A DNA stretch of 64,000 bases, from IMG/VR virus record IMGVR_UViG_3300025502_001322, positions 1 through 64,000 of that record; one strand, 5' to 3'. The notes under the pieces were generated by a model. The model saw only the letters and a list, made by a program, of their open reading frames with translations, searched no databases and was not told the origin of the DNA. This DNA is from a virus (taxonomy: Duplodnaviria > Caudoviricetes). The first letter of the stretch is position 1, and each line of letters opens with the position of its first letter. The position numbers and the translations under genes were made by a program. Below are positions 19,327 to 29,490 of this stretch, piece by piece.

Positions 19327-19857
19327 ATGGCAACTTCATTGAAAGCAGTACTAGAAAACACAAAAGACATTTATATGAGCAATAGCAGTTTGGATGCACT
19401 GCTTGACTACGAACGTGTATTAGATGAGCTTGACTTATATGCTTTTAAAAACTGGAAAAAAGGCGAGCTAGTTAGCGGACCTACATTTGAAAAGTACTAC
19501 GTAAGTGCTGTGTTTATGTGGCCCAATAAAGCAATGCCAGACCCTAGAGGTGCAGAGCGTTTACTACAATATGACTGTGAAGTAAAATATACCAAGGATA
19601 CATTAGAGTATCCCATAAAAGTTGAAAGCCCAGATGATTTTAAAGCAGGCACAAAGGTTCCCAAACTTGCTAAGATGCCAGTTTGGTTGGTTGAAATCAC
19701 TTTGCCAAAAAGTTTAATGCGTGACATTGAACGTGGCGCATTAGAACTTGAGAACGAGACCATCGACTTAGAAGACATCGAGCAGGCATACGAAGAAGGG
19801 TTTGATGAATCCCAGTTTAAAACAGATCAAGGTGAAATAAATGCAGAAGAAATTTAA
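19327..19857 (+). CDS. Hypothetical phage protein (late)
   Basis: TAAATA at 19300-19305; 176 aa. Confidence 0.6.
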   Translation: MATSLKAVLENTKDIYMSNSSLDALLDYERVLDELDLYAFKNWKKGELVSGPTFEKYYVSAVFMWPNKAMPDPRGAERLLQYDCEVKYTKDTLEYPIKVESPDDFKAGTKVPKLAKMPVWLVEITLPKSLMRDIERGALELENETIDLEDIEQAYEEGFDESQFKTDQGEINAEEI

Positions 19858-20410
19858 CGAAGGGTTAGAGTATGGCGATCTAAAAAGATCTGTTATCCCT
19901 GAAATAACCATCGATACATTTAAAAGTAAAATGGGCGATGATAAAGATATCTGCACAATTGCGTTATTATGTAAAGAAAAGAATCCTGCAATAGACTTGA
20001 TGGCGTTCCTGGAAAAAAGTTATGATTGGTTATTAGATGCTGAAGTTAGTGCAGGAGAGCGTGACGACGGCAAGTATCTGGTATTCATTGAGGCAGACAG
20101 GAATAAAGAATTACCTACTCATATTCACCAGATGCTGGAAGACTTGCTCAACTTAACAGAAGATAAAATAGAAGACTGGAAGTTTAGGTATTACAGAAGC
20201 AAAGTCTATCATGATGTCACAGTAGAAAATTTAGCAAGGGAGATACCATTGACTCCAAGAGAATACAGTAAAGAACACCCTAGTAAAAAAGATATAAAGC
20301 GTAAGTCAGAATTAAAACAACTTCAGGCTGTCGCCAATGTGCCTATTAAGGCAGAACGAACCGAAGACAAGGATCTACAGGCACTACAGAGTGCCGCAGG
20401 AATAATTTAA
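19841..20410 (+). CDS. Hypothetical phage protein
   Basis: 189-aa ORF overlapping previous gene. Confidence 0.6.
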   Translation: MQKKFNEGLEYGDLKRSVIPEITIDTFKSKMGDDKDICTIALLCKEKNPAIDLMAFLEKSYDWLLDAEVSAGERDDGKYLVFIEADRNKELPTHIHQMLEDLLNLTEDKIEDWKFRYYRSKVYHDVTVENLAREIPLTPREYSKEHPSKKDIKRKSELKQLQAVANVPIKAERTEDKDLQALQSAAGII

Positions 20411-20426
20411 TCAACCAGGAGCACAA

Positions 20427-20891
20427 ATGAAACTATCAAAGAATTTTTCACTTCAAGAATTTACAAAATCACAAACAGCATTAAGACAAGGTATTGACAA
20501 CACACCACAAGGTAAGCACTTAGACGCTGCCAAGTTACTATTTGAAAACGTAGTACAAAAAGTTAGAGATAAATTTGGTATTACAGTTATCAACAGTGGC
20601 TACCGTGGACCTAAGCTGAACGAAGCAGTTGGTGGTTCGAGCAGTTCACAACACTGCAAAGGTGAAGCCGCTGACATTGAGTGTCCTGGTGTCCCAAATG
20701 CAGAAGTTGCACAATGGATTGTTGACAACTGTGCCTTTGACCAAGTTATCTTGGAGTTTTACACACCAGGCATTCCTGACTCAGGTTGGGTACATGTAAG
20801 TTACAACTTTGATGGCGCACAGCGTAAAAGCATTCTCACAGCACTAAAAGAAAACGGCAAAACTGTGTACAAGCAAGGACTAATAAAATGA
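20427..20891 (+). CDS. Peptidase M15A endolysin
   Basis: LSKNFSLQEF, SGYR, SQHCKGEAAD, WVHVS zinc motifs. Confidence 0.88.
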   Translation: MKLSKNFSLQEFTKSQTALRQGIDNTPQGKHLDAAKLLFENVVQKVRDKFGITVINSGYRGPKLNEAVGGSSSSQHCKGEAADIECPGVPNAEVAQWIVDNCAFDQVILEFYTPGIPDSGWVHVSYNFDGAQRKSILTALKENGKTVYKQGLIK

Positions 20892-21307
20892 GATTAATCA
20901 CCGCTTTATTTGCTGTTTTAATACTTAACGGATGTGCATCGTACGATGCCGCCACAATGGCAAGGTTTGATAATAACGAATACCTACTTGCAGGTAAAGT
21001 TAGTGCCACAGCAGAAATTGCAAAAAGTTATTGTGGTGATCCAGGCATTGCAGGATCTTATGCAACTACTATCTGGGTTGCGGCAAGAGAATTGCAGTTG
21101 TATAGTTTTAACAGAAACGAAAACAAAGACGTAATAGAACTAACTGGTGCTCTGTATGAAATTGCAGAAGGATTAGGGAAAAAGTACATGGAGCACGAAA
21201 CAGCAGGCGCAGCCGCTCCTAGTGCAGACTATTGCAAACTTAAAATGAAATCATTAAGCGCCAGCGCCGCTAAGGTACAGGAAGCTATAGGAGATAAAGA
21301 ACTATGA
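20888..21307 (+). CDS. Lipoprotein, hypothetical
   Basis: Lipobox LNGC. Confidence 0.6.
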   Translation: MRLITALFAVLILNGCASYDAATMARFDNNEYLLAGKVSATAEIAKSYCGDPGIAGSYATTIWVAARELQLYSFNRNENKDVIELTGALYEIAEGLGKKYMEHETAGAAAPSADYCKLKMKSLSASAAKVQEAIGDKEL

Positions 21308-21564
21308 CATTAACTGAAATGTATGAAGTTGTAAAGAACATTAAAGCAGGTGACGATGCTATGCTCAAGGAAGTTGCTGGTAAGGTTGATGAACTCACTC
21401 ACCTATTAGAAGCAAAGGACATCTCAGAATCTGAGTACAAAGAACTAATGGCTGACGTAGAACGTGAGCAGTTTATAGATGCAGAATGCAAGGATTTAGA
21501 AGGAAAAGCCGCAATAGCACAAGTCTTTAACTGGGCCAAAACAGCGGCATCATTTTTACTTTAG
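21304..21564 (+). CDS. Hypothetical protein
   Basis: 86 aa, ATGA coupled. Confidence 0.55.
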   Translation: MTLTEMYEVVKNIKAGDDAMLKEVAGKVDELTHLLEAKDISESEYKELMADVEREQFIDAECKDLEGKAAIAQVFNWAKTAASFLL

Positions 21565-21574
21565 AGGAACGACA

Positions 21575-21907
21575 TTGTCAGAGGGAACAGAGGGTAACAC
21601 CGTAAGTAGGAAGATTAATATTGAAGTGGAGATAGACCCTATAGTTAATAGGGAAAGTCAAGTAAATCCATTTCAGAAATGGATATATTTAGCAAAAGCA
21701 GTTGATAGCTGGCGTATATTTCCAAGACTATTCTTAACCATTTACATTGTGCTACTGTACAGAACAGTAAATTGGTTTATGGGACTACCTGCACCCTCCA
21801 TGGAACAATCAGGATTAATCTCAGTTGTAGTAGGTGCAGGTGCGGCATGGTTTGGTTTGTATGCAGGTACAAGCAAACAGAGTTCATCATTTAAAGGAGA
21901 CAAATAA
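21575..21907 (+). CDS. Two-TM membrane protein, holin-like
   Basis: DSWRIFPRL + two TM segments; near endolysin. Confidence 0.55.
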   Translation: MSEGTEGNTVSRKINIEVEIDPIVNRESQVNPFQKWIYLAKAVDSWRIFPRLFLTIYIVLLYRTVNWFMGLPAPSMEQSGLISVVVGAGAAWFGLYAGTSKQSSSFKGDK

Positions 21908-22093
21908 ATGGCAGGACGTAAGGACATTGTATATCTAATACCAGAAGGTGAAACTCGAGATAGTCACACGTATCACTACACTTTACAAAAGACTAAGAAT
22001 ATAAAAAGTCAAAAAGTAAAGTTTCGTAAGTATAACCCAGTAAAACGTGTACACGAAATGTTTGTAGAAGCAAAAGCACCAGGGCATAATTAA
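21908..22093 (+). CDS. rpmG: Ribosomal protein bL33 homolog (zinc-free type)
   Basis: IVYL...HYT..KTKN....KVKFRKYNPVKRVH..F.EAK aligns with the bL33 pattern; no CxxC; AAGGAG SD. Confidence 0.75.
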   Translation: MAGRKDIVYLIPEGETRDSHTYHYTLQKTKNIKSQKVKFRKYNPVKRVHEMFVEAKAPGHN

Positions 22094-22101
22094 GGAAAAA
22101 A

Positions 22102-22365
22102 ATGGCTACTATAGCAAAAAACGACTGGATGAAAAACAGGTGGCGACCGGCGATGGGCTGGACGTACATGACAGTGTGTATATTTGATTTTATTGTTGGT
22201 CCGATACTATGGACACTTGCACAACAAGACGGGGGAGCAGTAGCACAACAATGGGCTCCACTAACTTTACAAGGTGCTGGATTCTTCCACATTGCAATGG
22301 GCGCAGTACTTGGTATTTCAGCATTTGGTCGCACAATGGAAAAGCGTGACAGTAAAGCAGGTTAA
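22102..22365 (+). CDS. Holin (GTA_holin_3TM-like)
   Basis: NRWRPAMGW N-terminus, TM segments, LGISAFGRT.EK C-terminus. Confidence 0.75.
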   Translation: MATIAKNDWMKNRWRPAMGWTYMTVCIFDFIVGPILWTLAQQDGGAVAQQWAPLTLQGAGFFHIAMGAVLGISAFGRTMEKRDSKAG

Positions 22366-22394
22366 TTGACAATCTGCTTTATACATAGTATAAT
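22366..22394 (+). promoter_or_regulatory. Consensus sigma70 promoter, leaderless geometry
   Basis: TTGACA-17 nt-TATAAT; ATG 22401 is 6 nt downstream. Confidence 0.8.
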
Positions 22395-22400
22395 ATGTCT

Positions 22401-23246
22401 ATGGATTACTATAAGTCACTGGGCGTAGAACGTTCTGCCAGCGCAGACGAAATCAAAAAAGCATACCGCAAACAAGCAATGAAACACCACCCAGATAGGG
22501 GTGGTGACGAAGCTCAGTTCAGACAACTTCAGGAAGCATACGACGTACTTGGTACGCCAAACAAACGAGCAATGTATGATGCTGGTGGGCACCGTAATCG
22601 TCAAAACTTTGACCCGAATGCATTCAATAATAGATTTGACCAAGGTGGGGTCGGAGATTTATTTGACTTCTTTGGTCGTAGACAACAACCACAGCAACCA
22701 CAGCAACGTCGTAACAGAGATATGAAAATCACTGTGGAGATACCGTTACCTGATCTTACTGAATCACAAACTAAAACTATAAGAGTACAAACCAGTAAGG
22801 GCGCAGATACAGAGGTTGAGATACAAATACCTGCTGGAATACAAAACAATATGCGTATAAGGTATCCAGGGTTAGGTGATAACTTTTTTGACACCATTCC
22901 TAGAGGAGACTTGTATGTCTACATCAGACACCAAAATACTAAAAACTTGGTTAAAGTTACAGAAGTAGATGTTATGACCAGAGTCTATTGTGATTTGGCT
23001 ACAGCAATAAAAGGTGGCAAAGTTCAGGTTGCAGGATTAGATGGGCCTATGTATAATGTAACTATACCTGCTGGAACACAAAGTAAGACTAAATTTAATA
23101 TCAGTAATAAAGGGTTATGGCAAGATACAAATTGTAATATTAGGGGAAGCCTTATAGCTGAATTAAATATTACTATACCAAATATTAACGACAAACCTGA
23201 AATAGAAAAATTAAAAAAGGCTTTAAATGTTAGCACACAATCCTGA
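22401..23246 (+). CDS. dnaJ: DnaJ/CbpA-class co-chaperone (J domain + C-terminal domain, no Zn finger)
   Basis: MDYYKSLGV, HHPD, GDLYV; track starts at 22395. Confidence 0.9.
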   Translation: MDYYKSLGVERSASADEIKKAYRKQAMKHHPDRGGDEAQFRQLQEAYDVLGTPNKRAMYDAGGHRNRQNFDPNAFNNRFDQGGVGDLFDFFGRRQQPQQPQQRRNRDMKITVEIPLPDLTESQTKTIRVQTSKGADTEVEIQIPAGIQNNMRIRYPGLGDNFFDTIPRGDLYVYIRHQNTKNLVKVTEVDVMTRVYCDLATAIKGGKVQVAGLDGPMYNVTIPAGTQSKTKFNISNKGLWQDTNCNIRGSLIAELNITIPNINDKPEIEKLKKALNVSTQS

Positions 23247-25512
23247 GATAGACACAATTATTGCTAAAGCAACAGATTATGCCAAGGAACTAAAACATGA
23301 ATATGTTATAGCGGAACATCTGTTGCTGGCGCTTATTACTTACGAAAATTTTTCGATAATGTTAAAAAAGTTTGGTGCGGATTATGATAATCTGTCAGCG
23401 GATTTACGACTTTACCTTGAGGGCAGAAAAGAAATTGTTAGGGAAGGTGAAATTCTTCCTAAGAAGACCTATGCGTTAGAACGTATCTTCAATAGAGCAT
23501 TTACACAGGTAATGTTCAGTGGTAGAGCGCATATGCAAACCATTGACTTATTTGTAAGCATATTGCAAGAATCTAACAGTCATGCCGCATATTTCCTATT
23601 GAAGTACGGAATTAATACGCAGAGCTTGGTAACGTTCTTTAATAAAAACTACACAGACAAAATAGGAAAAAGCAAACACCACCAACATGCAGATGCAGTC
23701 TTAGATGACTATTGTACAAATTTATCTGACTTGGCAACAAAAGAAAAAATAGATCCAGTTATCGGACGAGAATCAGAACTAGACGAGATATTTAATGTAC
23801 TTGCTAAAAAGAATAAGTCAAATATCTTAATGGTAGGTGATCCTGGTGTTGGTAAGACTGCTATTGCAGAAGGATTAGCTCTAAAAATAAGTCAAGGAAA
23901 TGCACCTGAATACCTACTACCGTATACCGTATATAATTTAGAAATTGGTAGTTTGCTCGCAGGATCAAAGTACAGAGGAGAATTTGAGGATAAAGTTAAA
24001 GAAGTATTAGAAGCACTTAAGGAAAAAGGCAACTGTGTCCTGTTTATTGATGAAGCACATCAAATGCACGGTGCGGGAGCAGGTAGCAGTAGCGGAGTAA
24101 CCTTCGCAGAAATGTTTAAACCAGCTCTAGCAAAAGGTGACCTTAAGGTTATCGCATCAACTACCTGGGAAGAGTATACGCAGAGTTTTGAAAAAGATCG
24201 TGCATTGATGCGTAGGTTCCATAGACTAACAATTGAGGAGCCAAGTCCTGAGGTAGCAAAGGACATCCTATATGGATTAAGGGAAGGATTTGAAAAGTTT
24301 CACAAAGGAAAGATCAGTGACGAGGCTATTGAATCGGCAGTTGATCTAAGTGTGCGATACCAAAGCGATAAGAAGTTACCAGATAAAGCGTTGGACTTAA
24401 TTGACACTGCGTGTGCTAAACTTAAAGTTAGGTCACCTAATTATGTACTACGTAAGAGTCATATTGTGGATCTGATTAGTAAGTTTACAAAGATCCCTAT
24501 CGACCAACTTGGTGCAGAGGAAACTAACACAGGACTGCAAAACCTAGAAATAAACATTAAGCAAAAACTGTACGGGCAAGACACGGCAGTTGATACGGTA
24601 TTGGAAAAGATTTATGTTGCTAGAGCAGGACTTAAAACTATCAATAGGCCGATCGGTAACTTTCTATTTTTGGGACCCACAGGCACAGGTAAAACAGAGT
24701 TTGCTAAATTACTAGCAGAGCACATGGGTATGAAATTAATACGTTTTGATATGTCAGAGTACCAAGAGAAACACTCTGTGTCTAAACTTATTGGTGCTCC
24801 TCCAGGATATGTAGGCTATGACGACGGTAACTTAGGTGGTGGCTTACTGGTTAGGGAAATAGAAAAGTCTCCCAATGCAGTTATTCTCTTCGACGAAATA
24901 GAAAAAGCACATCCAGACTTAAGCAGTGTATTGCTATCACTAATGGACGAAGGTTTTGTTACAAGCTCTAATGGTAAACGTGCAGACTGTAGAAACACTA
25001 TTGTGCTAATGACCAGTAACTTAGGGGCGGCTGATAACGAACTAAACAACATTGGCTTTGGTAGAGACTTAGAAAAGTTGCATGAAGACGATAAAGCAAT
25101 TAAAAAATTCTTTAAACCAGAATTTAGGAATAGGTTAGATGCTATTGTTAAGTTTGCAAAGTTAGACAATCTTGCAATGCGTAAAATTGTAGTAAAGTTT
25201 GTTAATGAACTTAATGAGCTAGTAAGCGACAAACACATTAATATTAGTGTTACTGAAGCAACTGTTGATTGGTTAGTTGACCAAGGCTTTGACAGTAAGA
25301 TGGGAGCAAGACCACTATCTCGTAAGATTGACGAGGCGATTAAAGTACCATTGTCTAAAAAGATACTATTTGAAAATTGTGGTGCTGGCACTACAATTAA
25401 AGTAGATGTTGTTGACGGTGAGTTAGTGTTTGAGACAGACAACAAAATGTTATCATCGACGGTAAAAAAAGATGGACTCATTGTATTGGACCAGTTTAAA
25501 CCCAAGGGTTAA
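23227..25512 (+). CDS. clpA: ClpA-type Hsp100 ATPase
   Basis: Clp_N (EHLLLAL), GDPGVGKT, FIDEAH, GPTGTGKT, LFDEIEKAH, IGF loop, GARPL. Confidence 0.93.
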   Translation: MLAHNPEIDTIIAKATDYAKELKHEYVIAEHLLLALITYENFSIMLKKFGADYDNLSADLRLYLEGRKEIVREGEILPKKTYALERIFNRAFTQVMFSGRAHMQTIDLFVSILQESNSHAAYFLLKYGINTQSLVTFFNKNYTDKIGKSKHHQHADAVLDDYCTNLSDLATKEKIDPVIGRESELDEIFNVLAKKNKSNILMVGDPGVGKTAIAEGLALKISQGNAPEYLLPYTVYNLEIGSLLAGSKYRGEFEDKVKEVLEALKEKGNCVLFIDEAHQMHGAGAGSSSGVTFAEMFKPALAKGDLKVIASTTWEEYTQSFEKDRALMRRFHRLTIEEPSPEVAKDILYGLREGFEKFHKGKISDEAIESAVDLSVRYQSDKKLPDKALDLIDTACAKLKVRSPNYVLRKSHIVDLISKFTKIPIDQLGAEETNTGLQNLEINIKQKLYGQDTAVDTVLEKIYVARAGLKTINRPIGNFLFLGPTGTGKTEFAKLLAEHMGMKLIRFDMSEYQEKHSVSKLIGAPPGYVGYDDGNLGGGLLVREIEKSPNAVILFDEIEKAHPDLSSVLLSLMDEGFVTSSNGKRADCRNTIVLMTSNLGAADNELNNIGFGRDLEKLHEDDKAIKKFFKPEFRNRLDAIVKFAKLDNLAMRKIVVKFVNELNELVSDKHINISVTEATVDWLVDQGFDSKMGARPLSRKIDEAIKVPLSKKILFENCGAGTTIKVDVVDGELVFETDNKMLSSTVKKDGLIVLDQFKPKG

Positions 25513-26233
25513 ACTGTTACGAACTAATAAGTTATTTTGGAACAAGTATGCCTTTAAGGTAAAGTTATACGTGCCTGGTGGTAACTATTTGTCTAGCTGG
25601 GTAAGTTCTATGTATAAGGACATAGATGCAATAACGTATGTGCAACGTAGGATAAAACAACATGCATCAATAAACAAGTTGCTGGTACAACCATACCATC
25701 AACATAAAGGAATAGAGGAACGCCAAGCAAAAATGGAAATATATTTGGCTGACCCAACCACATTGCAACTACTAAAAAAAGCAAAAATGGAAACGGATAT
25801 TCAGTTTAGGGTACAAGAGCCAAACATAAGTTTATTTCATAATGACGAGATAGTGCTTCAAGAGGTAGTACAACGTCTTTCTAGTCTAGATCGACGACTG
25901 TTGGAAGTCTCTGGGGTAGTTGATAGCAAACATGCCAAGAGTCTGAAACCTAATGTAATTTTAAATAGTAAGGTACCATACAATTATAAGGTTTATCTAA
26001 GGCTAACACATCATGTCAGACACCATGGACCTAAAATTTTACAGTATCTAGATACTTTAGGCAAAGACAGCGTTACGTACCCGGACTCGCTTAAACATGA
26101 GCTTCAGACACGTGGGCATGGATGGCATACAATTACTTACTTTTACTGTAATGATCCTGGTATATTAGACTTTATAAATCTAATATGCCCTGATGCTTGT
26201 ACAACTAACCAAGTTTATAAGTTAGTGCATTAA
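25472..26233 (+). CDS. Hypothetical protein
   Basis: 253-aa ORF. Confidence 0.55.
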   Translation: MDSLYWTSLNPRVKLLRTNKLFWNKYAFKVKLYVPGGNYLSSWVSSMYKDIDAITYVQRRIKQHASINKLLVQPYHQHKGIEERQAKMEIYLADPTTLQLLKKAKMETDIQFRVQEPNISLFHNDEIVLQEVVQRLSSLDRRLLEVSGVVDSKHAKSLKPNVILNSKVPYNYKVYLRLTHHVRHHGPKILQYLDTLGKDSVTYPDSLKHELQTRGHGWHTITYFYCNDPGILDFINLICPDACTTNQVYKLVH

Positions 26234-26265
26234 CAGCATAAATAAGTATATTAATGAGGTAAACT

Positions 26266-26430
26266 ATGGCTAAAATTCAAGAACAACATGTCGTTATTGC
26301 TTTAAGCAAACTCAAAAAGGATAGTGATCCTGATGAAATATTATTACCAGAAGAAGTTCTCACTTCATTAGAAGCAGTAGTGCAAGAACTTGTAGGTGAC
26401 AATGTTATAGTTGAAATAGCGAAAAATTAA
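26266..26430 (+). CDS. 54-aa hypothetical protein (not in track)
   Basis: TAAATA 26239-26244, GAGGT SD, MAKIQEQHVVIALSKL...EIAKN*. Confidence 0.65.
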   Translation: MAKIQEQHVVIALSKLKKDSDPDEILLPEEVLTSLEAVVQELVGDNVIVEIAKN

Positions 26431-26801
26431 TGGCAAAGAAAACAGTTACACTTATCCCTAGCACAACGTTTGGTTCAGCCGTAGGCAACTACGATGGTAG
26501 TAGTCTGAGTTTTACCAGCGACAAACACAAAGGTGATGGCTACTACGGCTATGCTGATGGCAGTCACACGGTTGCTATGTTCCCAACAATTCTGGAAGCA
26601 ACTATTCGCATACAGGCTACACTAGCAACTGAACCTGTAGATTCTGATTGGTTCGATGTGGATAACGTAATACTAGGTAATGACAGTACGGCTCAAAGTA
26701 CAGCAACAACATTTACCTTTACTGGTAATTTTGTCTGGATACGTGCTAAAGTAACTGATTTCCAAGCTGGTACAATAACTAAAGTTCAATATCTAAATTA
26801 A
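26430..26801 (+). CDS. Probable virion beta-sandwich protein
   Basis: Beta-rich, late operon, FTGNFVWIRA motif. Confidence 0.55.
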   Translation: MAKKTVTLIPSTTFGSAVGNYDGSSLSFTSDKHKGDGYYGYADGSHTVAMFPTILEATIRIQATLATEPVDSDWFDVDNVILGNDSTAQSTATTFTFTGNFVWIRAKVTDFQAGTITKVQYLN

Positions 26802-26807
26802 TAGTTA

Positions 26808-28013
26808 ATGCTAACTGTAGTATATGATCGTAGGAGCGAGTACGGTTTCGTACCTAACCTTATCCAACGTCTGGATATAAAACCCAAATCAAAAGAGTGG
26901 TGGGACCTGTGTATAGAACCACCATATAGTTTTGAGTTTAGATTTCTGCGATATCTTGATGCGGATCAGATCCCATACCAAGAAATATTGATAGATGACT
27001 ACCAGGGTGCAGATGGTATCTATCCAATTAACTTAAACATATACGACAAAAGTATTGACTACTTTGCGTTAATTAGACCAGAGTCCTTGCAAAAAGTAAG
27101 GGAACACGCATTAAATATTGTATTCTACTACAGTGAGGGAGACGATGTTATGTTAGACATAGCAGGGCACCTCACAATACTAAGTAATCAATATAGTATA
27201 CCACGCAAAAGTATTAAAATGGTGTGTGCAAATGCACTTGTAACTGATATACCTGGCTATTATTATATCCCAGACGACGAGCTATATTACAGATATCTAC
27301 ATCTAAATAACAGTGACTACGTTAAGCATATAAACTTGGATCAACGTAGTAAAAAGTTTACATTGTTAAACAGAATGGACAAACCTTTTAGGCGATTGTT
27401 TGCAGGCAGTCTACACTATCATGGACTTACTAACGATGCATATTTTAGTTACACTAACCAAAACTATAGCACACTGAGCGTAGATGAGAACAATGACCCT
27501 GTGTATGGCTGGAATAAGTGGTTTACCAAAACAAGACTAATTTTAGACAATTTTAGTATGCATTTGCCTATATATGCAGACTACTTGACAGACGACAAAC
27601 ATAATGACCACAAACATATTGAACGTAAATTTTATGAAGATGCATACTGGCACATAGTTACAGAAACACACTTTGCATCATGGACCGGATTTTTAACAGA
27701 GAAAACATTTAAACCCATACTAAACTTACAACCATTTGTTATAGTAGGTCCTCCAGGAAGTTTATTATTACTTAAAGATATGGGTTATAAAACATTTGGT
27801 AACTGGATAAATGAGGACTATGATAGGGTTGTAAATGATGAGAAAAGAATGTATTATGTATTTAAACTTGTGTGGCAACTTAGTCAGTTTACGCATGAGC
27901 AACACCAGGACCTTATGATAAAAATGGCTCCGGTGCTTAAACACAATCAGGAACTACTGTTAAGTAGCAAAAGTAAAAAGTTAACTAACCTAATAGATAA
28001 AATGTCATTATGA
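26808..28013 (+). CDS. Glycosyltransferase-like hypothetical protein
   Basis: C-terminal IVTET..LTEKTFKPI...PF...G...L..MGYKTF...I.E.YD pattern. Confidence 0.5.
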   Translation: MLTVVYDRRSEYGFVPNLIQRLDIKPKSKEWWDLCIEPPYSFEFRFLRYLDADQIPYQEILIDDYQGADGIYPINLNIYDKSIDYFALIRPESLQKVREHALNIVFYYSEGDDVMLDIAGHLTILSNQYSIPRKSIKMVCANALVTDIPGYYYIPDDELYYRYLHLNNSDYVKHINLDQRSKKFTLLNRMDKPFRRLFAGSLHYHGLTNDAYFSYTNQNYSTLSVDENNDPVYGWNKWFTKTRLILDNFSMHLPIYADYLTDDKHNDHKHIERKFYEDAYWHIVTETHFASWTGFLTEKTFKPILNLQPFVIVGPPGSLLLLKDMGYKTFGNWINEDYDRVVNDEKRMYYVFKLVWQLSQFTHEQHQDLMIKMAPVLKHNQELLLSSKSKKLTNLIDKMSL

Positions 28014-28681
28014 CAGACTTAAGTAAGGTACACATACAGATTGCTATCCCAGCATTTAATGGTATGATGCATGTGTCGTGTTTTAATAGTTTATTGCAGT
28101 TTCTAATAGAAGCCAGCAAAGTAAATCTTAACTGGACATTAGACACAATGGGCAACGAAAGTCTAATACCTAGAGCGAGGAACAACCTAGCTGGTAAGTT
28201 TTTACATAACACCAATGCAACACATTTAATGTTTATCGACAGTGACATTAGATTTAACCCAAACGATATAATAAAACTACTTACAGCAGATAAAGACATT
28301 TGCTGTGGAGCATATCCTGTCAAACAAATGCCTCCACAACTTGTGATAAATGAACTAACCAGCGGAGAGTTAGAAGGTGACTTAGTAGAAGTCAACACAG
28401 CAGGTACAGGATTTATGTTAATTAAGCGTGATGTTTTTAACAAGATGATAGACAACTTTCCTAAAACCAAATACTCCGACAACGTTGGGCTAGGGGCACA
28501 GTATAACCCGTATTTGTATGCATTATTTGATACAGACATAAGCAAAGAAGGATACTACCTCAGTGAAGACTGGACGTTTTGTTTACGTTGGCGGTCGATA
28601 GGTGGTAAAGTTTGGATACATAAAGGCATAGACTTAGGACATGTAGGAACATATGAATATAGAGCACCTAACAAGAAGTAA
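28010..28681 (+). CDS. GT-A fold glycosyltransferase
   Basis: IAIP, ARN, FIDSD (DxD), GTGFMLIKR, SEDWTFC, LGHVG. Confidence 0.8.
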   Translation: MTDLSKVHIQIAIPAFNGMMHVSCFNSLLQFLIEASKVNLNWTLDTMGNESLIPRARNNLAGKFLHNTNATHLMFIDSDIRFNPNDIIKLLTADKDICCGAYPVKQMPPQLVINELTSGELEGDLVEVNTAGTGFMLIKRDVFNKMIDNFPKTKYSDNVGLGAQYNPYLYALFDTDISKEGYYLSEDWTFCLRWRSIGGKVWIHKGIDLGHVGTYEYRAPNKK

Positions 28682-29030
28682 CTATATTATCAAACTAAGC
28701 ATGTTATCTACCGGTAACCTTGAGATTAGTCATAATAACACATTGCAAAAAATACACAGTGTGGCTGGAGATCAATTCAATGTGAAGGTAGACATAGTGT
28801 GGGGTAATAATCACATTGTGATACGTGCTATTGATGATTCAGAAATAGAGTTTCTTAGACTAGACTCAGAGGTGCCTATTTCTGACTGGGAAGGCAAAAA
28901 CCTAGCAGACTTAGCAGAAAATGTGTCGATAAAAGCAGGCGAAGAGAAACACTTTTTCTTTGTATACCCTGTAAGTCTGTCAGATGCATACTTAAAACTA
29001 AACAAAGACGATTTATTATACTATGAGTAA
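28653..29030 (+). CDS. Hypothetical protein
   Basis: 125-aa ORF. Confidence 0.45.
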   Translation: MNIEHLTRSNYIIKLSMLSTGNLEISHNNTLQKIHSVAGDQFNVKVDIVWGNNHIVIRAIDDSEIEFLRLDSEVPISDWEGKNLADLAENVSIKAGEEKHFFFVYPVSLSDAYLKLNKDDLLYYE

Positions 29031-29457
29031 AGAAAAACTGCGATTTAATATATCATTACGTTCGACACATTGGGACAAGAAGCCAGAGTTTGTGGTTACG
29101 TTAAATGACACCGCAATAACACAAGGGGTTTGTGGTGGCACAGAGGAATGTTCTTTTTATCACGAATTATCTGAGGGCGATCACGAATTGCAGATACAAC
29201 TAGTTAATAAAGAAGATTCAGATTGTGTACAAAACGAGGACAAAACAGAGATACTGAAAGACATGCAACTACACATTAACAGTATCAGTATAGACAACAT
29301 TAACTTAGAGCACATTAAACATACTTGTAGTACATTTGTTCCAGAAGATCCCAAACAGCACGAAACCTTGACAGAATGTGTTGATTTAGGCTGGAACGGC
29401 ACATATATCTTAAAATTTACCTCACCTTTTTATATTTGGCTTTTGGAAAACATGTAA
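29023..29457 (+). CDS. Hypothetical protein
   Basis: 144-aa ORF. Confidence 0.55.
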   Translation: MSKEKLRFNISLRSTHWDKKPEFVVTLNDTAITQGVCGGTEECSFYHELSEGDHELQIQLVNKEDSDCVQNEDKTEILKDMQLHINSISIDNINLEHIKHTCSTFVPEDPKQHETLTECVDLGWNGTYILKFTSPFYIWLLENM

Positions 29458-29490
29458 TAAATACAAGTATATAATTAATGGTGCTAATAA

